From NCBI RefSeq assembly GCF_902713615.1, contig NC_052168.1:4464001-4528000 (forward strand): DNA of 64,000 bases, given 5' to 3'. A program made the position numbers and the translations under genes. The notes under the pieces were generated by a model. That model made no database searches and was not told where the DNA came from. It saw nothing but the letters and a program-made list of their open reading frames with translations. Each line of letters begins with the position of its first letter. Position 1 is the first letter of the stretch. The stretch is from Scyliorhinus canicula. Its lineage: Eukaryota. This document shows, piece after piece, positions 37,701 to 48,274 of the stretch.

Positions 37701-40116
37701 CTTACTAAAGGTGTCATGGGATATGGGGAGTGTTGAGGTAGGAGGTCAGTCATCTTTTTTCATGCTGGAGCAGACTTGGAAGTGCCAAATGCCGTACTAT
37801 TTTCTATGTGTCCTTCCAAGATACCTTCACCCTCCAATTATGGCCTTTAATGCCACCCTTTCCTTTGTTGCACCATTGGTCTCTGTGTAGTGGCCCTCCA
37901 AATATCTCATCTCCAATCCTTTAAAACTTGCCTCTGATCAAGGTTTTTCCCCTTGTATATTAGTCCCAATGTCAAATATTGCCCAACAGCGCCCCTGTGA
38001 TGTTAACAGTGCCACAAACTTCGTACTGAGAGATTTGTGGCACTATTCTGGAGGTTCTAGGATCCCTTGCCTGGCATGCCTTGATGAGCAGCCCAGACGT
38101 TGCGCCGGTTAAAGTTTGTCAAAGCCACATTAACTCATCACAACCCCAACAGGCGTGGTGGAATGTTATAGTTAGGCACAGCCAGAATTCCAGCTCGTGT
38201 CCATTATCGTGTAATGCGCCCATGTGGTCAGCAAGGACAAGTATGGGTGTGATCAACTGACCAGATTAATCCACATTGTATAGGCTCAGACACCAGGGGT
38301 AAGTCAACTTGTTGAATTTATTAATGTCAAACCAGCAAGTTTACAAGTCTGGGGACCCATCGGGGTCTGCCAATGATTCAGGAGCGTTAGCAGCACAGAA
38401 TTACTGAAAGTACATTTCTACACCCAGGTGGACCATGGCAGCTGATATGCTCAGGTGAGATAGTCATGTGTTCTGTATAATATAGAGCAGTGGATGGCAA
38501 TGTTGCACCAGTTACACCCTCATTAGAATGTTGTTTATGTAGAATATCATTGTGTAGTTATAAATCTCATATTAGGGCAGCGCAGTGGGTTAGCACTGCT
38601 GCCTCAGGGGGCCGAGGACCCGGAATTAATCCCGGACCCGGGTCACTGTCCATGTGGAGTTTGCACATTCTCCCCGTGTCTGTGTGGGTCTCACCCCCAC
38701 AACCCAAAGATGTGCAGGTTAGGTGGATTGGCCACGCTAAATTGCCCCTTAATTGGAAAGAAATACTAGGGTATTCTGAATTTATTTATTTATAAATCAG
38801 ACCCGCCAGTGCTTCAGACGGGGGGGTGAAATCGGATGTCCTCACCTTCGCCTCGTTAATAGCCCGGAGACAAGTTCTGCTTGGGTGCCGCCTAGTACCT
38901 CGGCTTGGTTGGGTGACCTTATCTCTTTCGTACATTTGGAGAAGGTTAAGTTCACCATTGGAGAGTCGGTAGAAGGATTCTACCCAAGGTGTCAGCCATT
39001 CATTTCCTTTTTTAAGGACCTAATCACCGCCAGCTGATGGAGGGTTTTGTTAGGCTTTTTTGGGGGCTGTTAACATTTACTTGTTAGCCTCGTTCTTTGA
39101 TTGTGTAACTTTGGTTAATTGTTTTATATGATTTTGTTCATTATGGAACATTTTTTTTAAAAAAGGTTCTGAATGCATAAACCATAGTGTCTCCCTTTGC
39201 CCCATCGATGGGAAAGGACCATCGTTATTCCATGTCGAGAGGCATCACATGTTGATACCAATTCTCTCTCGGGGTTCTTTACTAGAGCCACAGGCCCGTT
39301 CAATGTTTTAGTGTCAGAGGCTGCAGGATCAGTTAAACTCTGAACATTGGGGCCCCGTTTGCCTTCAAAAGGATTATTTTATGTCTGTCGCCCCTTCTAT
39401 GCCATCGATGCGGAAGAAGTAGCGCATGCGTCCAGCGTACTGGGGCCAAGTCTTCCACGTCCCCATCACAAGGCTCGAACTTCCCAAACAAGAGCATTTC
39501 CGCAATTTCATTTTCCTTTGTTTCTTACCAGAGTTGTCGTCTGGGAGTTCCGATATGTCTGCTCAGAATCCTGTGCTTAATCCTCGTCGCCAGCGTAATA
39601 ATTCCAGGGGGTGCGGCGTGAAAGGCCAAATTGGCTTACTTTCAAACTGAAAATAAAGCTGCTTCAGGGGTTCACGAAACAAACATCCCAGCCTCGGACT
39701 ATCGGGAACTCCGGGTCTGGGTGCTACGGTTAAATGTCCCGCTAACAAGCCCCAGCCGCGTGGGCCTCTGCCCGCTCACCACAGCAAAGCCCACAGGGAA
39801 ATCACCTCTGAGCCTGCGCTACAGTTCTTTCTGTATCATTTAAGCTATTTTCCCCATTATGCACCATTCTACAAGGCTACCGACACAGCTTTGCGATCAC
39901 AGTCGCTTTTGCGAAATCCCTGAAATTTGGTTCAAATGTTGCTGTTCCCAGGTATTGGAATTTTGAGGCAAATGGAGCGATAACCCTCTGGAAATAGACA
40001 GGAAGCAGGATTTGGGTTGAGACTAGCCGAGTGGATCATTCGTAATATGGTCTACTGAAGCTGTAGAGTTAGAAATGTACACCAGAGGGCGCTCCTAGCT
40101 TAGAATTTCTCCATAT

Positions 40117-41245
40117 CAGAGATTTTCAAAGTGCGGGTGGTGGTCCATGGGTGGGTTACAGGCAGGTGGCGGGAGGGTCGCAGAGCGATCGGTCGCGGCG
40201 GCCCCAATCGTGGGAGAAGCACCCAAATCCCGTTACTGACAATTAAATTGAGAATGGCAGCCGCTACCAGCTTTTAAATGAGGATGAAATGACTGCGTGC
40301 AATCTTCCGACCATAGGGGGCAGCAGAGAGCAGGTCACGGGCCCTGGACATACCTGCTTTTGGCACCAAGTCATGGAGGGGAGCTTCTTCCATTGTCTAA
40401 CTGCTAGTGAGCAAGGCAAGAGGACTGTGAAGATGAATCATTTTGTTACAAGAAAGTGACGACCAGAGACACAAATAGGCAGTGGACCTTACGGCCAAAA
40501 TCTCACATCTGAATCTGCCGGAGAGCGCTGCTCAGGAGAGTCCACGGCAGGACAGCGCAGTGCTAGTGTTAGCTCTGTACAGAGCTCCAGGGCCTCTGAT
40601 TAGCAGCCTACAAAGGAGAAACTTAACTCGGGAACAAAGCAGTATAACGATGATTTCTTGAGGTATGGTTTTGTTTAGTGTGCCAATGTAAATAAGGATA
40701 CAAAGCCCATGTGTGTTACATGCAGGGAAGTACTGGCAAATGAGAGAAGATTCAGATTTTGAAAGAGAAGTGGTGGGTGAAAAATTCCTTTTGAGGTTGA
40801 GACCCCAGATTCAGTTATTAACTTACAGCTGACTCCAAATGAAAAGACTATGGTGCTGTACCCGACCTGTGACAGCACATTAAAAACATGCCAAAAGTCC
40901 ACGAGCTGACCATTCTGGAGCAGCATCTCCCAGGAGTGTCCAGTGCTGAGTAAAACAAGCATTCTGTTGCCATTGCCCTTCACGATGACCGACATGTGCA
41001 AGGTGGGATTTTCAGTTCTCACAAAAATGAAGACGGCACAAAGGAGCTGGCTGAAGCTTGCACCTGATATGTACATCGCCCTCTCCTCCTGATTGGAGTG
41101 AGATCGTGAGGACCAAGCAGGCTCCCCTTTTGCATTAAAGGTAAGCAAACGTGGCATGTGTGTCACGAAGGTCGGTGGGCGTGGGTCCTGAATGACGGCC
41201 AGTTGGCAAATATGGGTCCCGGGCAAGAAAGTGTGAGAAACACTG
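40117..41245 (+). mobile_element. hAT (Charlie/ZBED8-like) DNA transposon, internally deleted fossil
   Basis: TIRs CAGAGATTTTCAAAGT / AGTGTGAGAAACACTG. Degenerate 8-bp TSD CTCCATAT/CTTTATAC. BED-finger remnant KQYNDDFLRYGF..KPMCVTCREVLANE and dimerisation-domain remnant FWSSISQECPVLSK..LLPLPFTMTDMCKVGFSVLTKMKT..DMYIALS. Confidence 0.85.
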
Positions 41246-44200
41246 CTTTATACGACAGTTGAGCTGCAATCACAAAACCTTCTCAATGTTGGGAAGTCTA
41301 CAGTGTACCTTAAAGAGATGAGGGAAGGGCAGCACGGTGGCCTTGTGGTTAGCACAGCTGCCTCACGGCGCTGAGGTCCCAGGTTCGATCCCGGCTCTGG
41401 GTCACTCCGTGTGGAGTTTGCACATTCTCCCCGTGTCTGCGTAGGTTTCACCCCCACAACCCAAAAATGTGCAGAGTAGGTGGATTGGCCACGCTAAATT
41501 GCCCCTTAATTGGAAAAAATAATTGGGTAATCTAAATTTTAAAAAAAGAGATGGGGGAATGGTGTTTGGGTGGTGTGGTGGTTAGCACTACTGCCTCATG
41601 CTGCCAGGGGCCCGGGTTTGATTCTGGCCTTGAATGACAGTGTGGAGTTTGCTCTTTCTCCCTGTGTCTGTGTGGTTTTCCTCCGAGAGCTCCACAGTCC
41701 AAAGATGTCCAGGTTAGGTTGGGTTGGCCATGATCAATGCTCAAGGTCACGGTGATGGGGCAGGGGAGTGAGCCCAGGTCGGGTGCTCTTTCGGACGGTC
41801 AGTGCATACTTTTATACAGATTGGAAGCATTTTTTTGTTGGGTAGAAGATCTAGGTATGGACCCAATGCCCTCCTTCTGAACCATAATAGCTGTGACTCT
41901 GATTACATTTCATATTGAAGGCTGCCATGAAGCTTGAAGATAAGGGATAGCCAAGTCTGGATTTTAGACTATTGACGGAGGGACATTCTGGATGAAGGAA
42001 GCAAAGAATTGTATTTGCATCAATGCCAAAAATGGGAGCTGGAGGCAGAAATAAGAGAAATTCGAAAACGCAATTTGAAATGTTTCTTCTGTGTTTCAAA
42101 ACCCCTCCGTGACCTCACCCCTCTCTATCTCTTGAGCCCTGCAACACTTTGAAATCTCAGCTTCCCTCCACATCTAGAACCTTGCATTTCTCCCACTCTT
42201 TCCATTGCTGGCCGTGCCTTTCAGCCCCCTGAACCCTAATCTCTGCAACAACGTTCTCCCTGAAACTCTCCATTCTCACCCATTAATTCGCTCACTAAAA
42301 CGTACCTCTTTGACCAGGCCCTTGGTCACCTGCCCCAATATCTCCTCAAGCAGCTCGGTGGTCAATGACTGACTGATAGCCCTCGAGTGAAGGGCCTCGG
42401 GGACATGTTGCTGCGGTATGCCCTCTCAATAACGTCAAGTTTTCCATTTTATCCTAACCGTGATTTTGTCACGCAATGCTGTTGATGAACTAACTGTGAT
42501 CCGTACTCATCCGCTCAAACTTGACAACGTTTATGCAATTGTGGGACGGGGGCCCGGGAGGGTGGCAAAGCTGCCCATTGGCCTGTGTGCTGCCTGGGTG
42601 TCTTCCCACAGCTGATGAATCAGCCACTTTGCACTCTTGTTTATCCTGTGACAGGAATCCGCTGACTTTTGGGAAAGTTGTCTCCCAGTCTCGCACTTCA
42701 AAGCTGTTGCGTTTGGGGAAGGTTTACATTTCACGAGGAAGGCTGGCGTGAAATTTGGAAACAAACAATTAGTTCCAATTACCTGGGGACCGCAGGAAGT
42801 GAAGAGTCTGTGAGTTCCCAGCCCTGCCCAGCTCCCCTGCGATTTCAGTTCTGAGCAATAGGTTCTTGCGCCCAAAGATGCCACTTAGAACATAAGAACT
42901 AGGAGCAGGAGTCGGCCATCTGGCCCCTCGAGCCTGCTCCGCCATTCAATGAGATCATGGCTGATCTTTTGTGGACTCAGCTCCACTTTCCGGCCCGAAC
43001 ACCATAACCCTTAATCCCTTTATTCTTCAAAAAACGATCTACCTTCATCTTTGGGGCAGCACGGTAGCATTGCGGTTAGCACAATCGCTTCACAGCTCCA
43101 GGGTCCCAGGTTCGATTCCGGCTTGGGTCACTGTCTGTGCGGAGTCTGCACATCCTCCCCGTGTGTGCGTGGGTTTCCTCCGGGTGCTCCGGTTTCCTCC
43201 CACAGTCCAAAGATGTGCAGGTTAGGTGGATTGGCCATGATAAATTGCCCTTAGTGTCCAAAATTGCCCTTAGTGTTGGGTGGGGTTACTGGGTTATGGG
43301 GATAGGGGGAGGTGTTAACCTTGGGTAGGGTGCTCTTTCCAAGAGCCGGTGCAGACTCGATGGGCCGAATGGCCTCCTTCTGCACTGTAAATTGTCTGTA
43401 AACTCTGTAAATTGAAAACATTTAATGAAGGAGCCTCAACTGCTTCACTGGGCAGGGAATCCCATAGATTCACAACCCTTTGGGTGAAGGATTTCTATGG
43501 ATTGCCTGGCGTTGCTGAGGACACACATGGTCATTTAACCTGATTCCTTTTCCTTCACCCCCGCCCCACAAAAACCCTGCCCCAAAAATTAAAACAGCTG
43601 GATTTTCTTTCCAAATGGTTCCAGGTAGTTACGTGCAGAAGCTTGTTAGAGCAGGAGGAGTGAAGAGGAGATTTGCTGGAGGTGTTCAGAATGATGGAGG
43701 GTTTTGAGAAGAGTAAATGATGAGGGACGGCGGGAGGGTCAGTAACCAATGGGGATGCAGATTTGAGGTAATTGGCAAAAGAAGCAGAAGACTTCTTGTC
43801 TTACGGCTGGTTGGTCTCGTTTCCATGGGAACTTCAAAAAGTGATGGATGATCTGAAGTATACGACATCCTGAATGATCTTGACAAGATGGATGGCACGG
43901 TAGCACAGTGGTTAGCACTGCTGCCTCACAGCTCCAGGGTTCCAGGTTCAATTCCGGCCTCGGGTGACTGTGTGGAGTCTGCACGTTCTCCCCGTGTGTG
44001 CGTGGGTTTCCTCCGGGTGCTCCGGTTTCCTCCCACAAGCCCAAAGATGTGCAGGTTAGGTGGATTGGCCGTGATAAATTGCTCCTTAGTGTCCAGGAAT
44101 GTGTAGATTAGGTTAAGGGATTATTGGGAGAGGGTGGGGAAGTACGCTCGGGCGGAGCGCTCTATCAGAGGGTCGGTGCAGACTCGATGGGCTGAATGGC

Positions 44201-44504
44201 CTCCTTCTGCACTGCCGGATTTCTATGATGTCTATGAAAATCTGCAGGGTTAAGGAAAAAGAGTGAGAGGGGGAGCGGGACTAATTGCGATAGCTCTTTC
44301 AAACAACCAGTGCGAGGGGCCGAAGGGTCTGCTATACTGGCAGAGTTTATGAAGTGATTACCGAACATTGACTAGAAATCTGCAGACGCCCCAGCAGCCC
44401 TCTGAATCGTATTTCTGAACATTAATCCAACTATTCAGCACACTTTTAAGTAACTGAGCGAGAGAATACGCCAGCCAGAGCCATCTGTGAACACTAAATA
44501 GATA

Positions 44505-44510
44505 TTTATT
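44505..44510 (-). terminator. Candidate poly(A) signal of GPR146 (3' UTR ~2.6 kb)
   Basis: TTTATT on + (AATAAA on -) at the end of a unique AT-rich UTR-like block (~44500-44760). Confidence 0.35.
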
Positions 44511-47092
44511 GATGCTGCACATCAAGGTATACATTTCCTTTTGAGAAAATCGCCCATTGTTACCCAAAGAAGTTGCAACAATACAAATGGGATGATAGAT
44601 TATACTTTCTTAAAGCCATTGTGCACAGTTTGTCAAAAGTGTTGATGGTGATCTGTTACATGTATAAACAACGGTGAGGAATGTTGTTTCATTCGCACTG
44701 TTGGTGAGAGTTATTCATTAGAATGTTTTTGTCCCATTTCCCTCTTTGATTTTTTTGGTGGCTGCCTAGAGTCTCACGTATCAGTGTGTACAGAGGGAGT
44801 GGCCCGCTTTCCCATTGCCTTTTGGACAAGGCGTTAAAACAGAGGACACCTCGCGTATTGAGAAAGATACCACGGCACTATTATGTCCTGGTGCCCAATC
44901 CAGTGACCCTCAGCCAACGTCACTAAAAGGGATTATCTGCTGCTCATGGGATCGTGCCGTGCACAGATTGTTGCCATGTGACCTGCATCGCTTCAAAAGT
45001 ACTTCATTGGCTGCAAAGTACTTTGTGAAAGGGGCTGCAGAGATGCAAGCCTGTCATCCAAATTGCCATCGTCAAATCGAGGACTCCCAACCAGGGGAGG
45101 GGAACAGGCCCCTCAGTAATGACCCTCTCAAACCTGCCGACGATTTTACCTTGGAACGCGATCACCTCTCGTACTCCTGGTGTTTTTCAGACGCTAAAAT
45201 CAAATAATCATGAACTGGGGTAACACGGTGAGACCTGTATTTCCTTCAGAATAAAGAGTTTAAGTTGATTAGAATAGCAGGTAGAGAAGGCAGCAGGGTA
45301 GCACAGTGGTTAGCACTGTTGCTTCACAGCGCCAGGGTCCCGGGTTCGATTCCCGGCTTGGGTCACTGTCTGTGCGGAGTCGGCACGATCTCTCCCCGTG
45401 TCTGCGTGGGTTTCCTCCGGGTGCTCCGGTTTCCTCCCACAGTCCAAAGATGTGCAGGTTAGGTGGATTGGCCGTGCTAAATTGCCCCTTTGTGTCCAAA
45501 AAGGTTAGGTGGGGTTACTGGGTTATGAGGATAGGGTGGAGGCGTGGGCTTAAATAGGGTGCTCTTTCCAAGGGCCAATGCAGACCCGATGGGCTGATTG
45601 GCCTCCTTCTGCACTGTAAATTCTATGATCTATGAATTATTTCCTCTGGCGTGGAGCCAGAGCAAGGAGGCATGATGTTGAAATGAGGGCTATTAAAGGG
45701 ATGAAGCACTTCTTCACAAAGAGGAGCAGAATCCTGTCACCCAGTAAAGCTGGTGTCAAACTGGAAATTTAAAAACTCAGCTGGATAGGTTTTTGAAGCA
45801 TTGAGGGTCACAGAACCACAGCGAGTGACCCAAGTAGGAGGCAGATCAGCTGTGATCACATTGACTGGCTGTGATCACATTGACTGGCAGAACCAGCTCA
45901 AGGGGCGGAATGGCCTCCTCCTGTTGGCTATGCTAAATTGCCTGCACTTAGTGTCCAAAAAAAGTTAGATAGGGTTACAGTGACGGGTTGGAGGTGTGGG
46001 GATAGGGTGGAGGTGTGGGCTTGGGTAGGGTGCTCTTGCCAAGGGCCGGTGCAGACTAGATGGGACGAATGGCTTCCTTCTGCACTGTAAATTCTATGAG
46101 ATCTCGCAGTTCCTATGTGATGATAACAATAATAATCTTTTTATTGTCACAAGTAGGCTTATATTAACACTAATGAAGTTACTGCAAAAATCCCTTAGTC
46201 ACCACACTCCGGAGCCTGTTCGGGTACACAGAGGGAGAATTCAGAATGTCCAATTCACCTAACAAGCACGTCTAAGGGCAGCACGGTAGCACAAGTGGCT
46301 AGCACTGTGGCTTCACAGTGCCTGGGTTCCAGGTTCGATTCCCCGCTGGGTCACTGTCTGTGCGAAGTTTGCACGTTCTCCCCGTGCCTGCACGACTTGT
46401 GGGAGGAAACCGGAGCACCCGGAGGAAACCCACGCAGACACGGGGAGAACGTGCAGACCCCGTACAGACAGTGAGCCAAGGCCGGGAATCGAACCCGGGT
46501 CCCTGGCGCTGTGAAGCCACAGCGCTAACCACTGTGCTAAGGTCCCGGGTTCGAATCCCGGCCCTGGGTGACTCCCCGTGTCTGCCTGGGTCTCGCCCCC
46601 ACAACCCAAAAAGATGTGCAGGGTAGATGGATTGGCCACGCTAAAGTGCCCCTGAATTGGAAGAAAAAAAGAATTGGGTAGTCTAAATGTATATTTAAAA
46701 AAAAGGAAGAGCAAGAGAATTCTTCAAGCTTTGAAGCTGATGTCAAATCTTCATCCAATGCCAATCCGAATATCATCTAATTGGTCAGCTACCTTAAAGC
46801 TGCCGCTGATGACCACATTAATCGCCATGGCTCCCTGGAGAAACAACAGTGACCATACACCTAATATGCTGTGAAGCACAATAGGGCACCCTGAGCTCTT
46901 TAGAGGTGCTATTCAAAGGCAGGTTCTTTCTGCTGTTGAGGGGGCCATTGGGGTTAAATCGTGGAGAGCAGTGATTCTGGAGAGTTCGATTCAGTGGCAT
47001 TCCAGTCTGCCTTGCCGTTGAATCGGAGTGGGGATTTCAATGTCAGTTATTGGGCAGAAGCACTGATGCTGTCCACAGGGAGGCCGGAGCTT

Positions 47093-48133
47093 TCATTCCA
47101 TGGGCAGGTCTGCCTGCGACACTGTTGCAATGTGTTGCTGCCGTAGCCCACGTTGGTTGCACAGACACCACTTTAGCCCGCATTGCACGTCCTGAATGAG
47201 CAGTCTAAGCCGGCTGTCGAAGGTTCTCTGGAGGCATTTGTAGATCATCGGCACCGCACAGGTGCTGACGTAGGCGAGGAGCTCGCAGCCGCCTCTCAGG
47301 AAGTGGAGCAGGTTGGCGAACCGCACGTCGTCCCGGGCTCTCGTGACGAAATGGGCCGTGCTCACCAAAAGGGTCAAGTAGTATGGCAACCAGAGGGCAA
47401 ACTGCGCCAGGACCGTGGCCAGGAGCAGCCTCTGGATGGAAGGGTCAAGCCTCGAGGATTCTGCCAGCTGGAACAGGTGGCTCTTGCGGGGGCAAAGAAT
47501 TAGCCGGAAGGCGTAGCCCACCCCGGCGGTGGGGACCACCAGGCCGGTGAAGAACATGATGGCGTCGCCCAGCTCCTTGGTCTGGAGCTTCGAGCAGTCG
47601 TCGACTTCTTCAGAAATCTTGCTGCAGACGTAGAAGAGGAGGGAGGAGAAGCTGGCCAGGGCGGCACCGCCCCAGACAAAACTGCACACGTGCTTCGTGT
47701 TGTAAACGCTGGACATGTAGGTGTGCGGCAAAGCTCGCTCGATGAAGCAGTCCAGGCTGAGCAGCGTGGCGGAGTAGATGCTCACCAAGGCCGCCATGTT
47801 GAACAGGATGAATGAAGCCATGCAGAGCTCCCGGCCAAAGGTCCAGACTGGCCAAAGGAGGTGGTCGGGGCCCAGAAGCTGCAGGAAAGCGACCAGGTTG
47901 AGGATCAAGCCAGCCAACGCCATATTGGTGAAGTAGACATCGGGCATGTTGATGGACAGCTTGTGACGAAGGTTGACCACAAGAACCAACACGTTGAAGA
48001 TAAGGCCGAGAGGGAAGCAAACAATGAGGTAGGCCGTCGAAGCAATAGACAAGATCAGGCCAACGTTATGGCAAAGGTCATCTCCACAGAACGTACTGTT
48101 GGGTCCAAAGTTCCCTTGAATGCAGCTCCACAT
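47093..48133 (-). CDS. GPR146: G protein-coupled receptor 146 (orphan class A GPCR), 346 aa, single coding exon
   Basis: Seven hydrophobic segments. GPR146-diagnostic strings: MWSC start, MPDVYF.NMA.AGL, YS..LLSLD..IERALP.TYM.SVYNT.HVC.FVWGGA.L.SFSSLLFY.CS and RL.PS..RLL.ATV..QF.LW.P.YL. Confidence 0.95.
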   Translation of the reverse strand: MWSCIQGNFGPNSTFCGDDLCHNVGLILSIASTAYLIVCFPLGLIFNVLVLVVNLRHKLSINMPDVYFTNMALAGLILNLVAFLQLLGPDHLLWPVWTFGRELCMASFILFNMAALVSIYSATLLSLDCFIERALPHTYMSSVYNTKHVCSFVWGGAALASFSSLLFYVCSKISEEVDDCSKLQTKELGDAIMFFTGLVVPTAGVGYAFRLILCPRKSHLFQLAESSRLDPSIQRLLLATVLAQFALWLPYYLTLLVSTAHFVTRARDDVRFANLLHFLRGGCELLAYVSTCAVPMIYKCLQRTFDSRLRLLIQDVQCGLKWCLCNQRGLRQQHIATVSQADLPME

Positions 48134-48274
48134 CGTAACGAGATTCTAGGCCAACAGAGGCTGGGATTGTCAACAAGGCAAGGCTTGAAGATTCATTATA
48201 AGGAGAGATCGATATTGTTGAAGAAAGTGATGTGAGCAGTGTGGACATCAGCTGCCATCTTTATCTGTACATCT
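48134..48274 (-). promoter_or_regulatory. GPR146 5' UTR part of the coding exon, with splice acceptor and several uORFs
   Basis: Minus strand ctaatatatttttcgatcttatttacAG|ATG (AG at 48274-48273). Four upstream-starting ATGs plus a stop-overlapping ATG occur within 139 nt. Confidence 0.65.

Noticed and set aside
40675-41226. 183-aa minus-strand ORF
   Set aside because: Antisense to a decayed hAT transposase on the + strand.
47183-48235. Additional ORFs overlapping GPR146 (47183-47503, 47610-48020, 47861-48235)
   Set aside because: Shadow frames of a GC3-rich CDS with no independent support.
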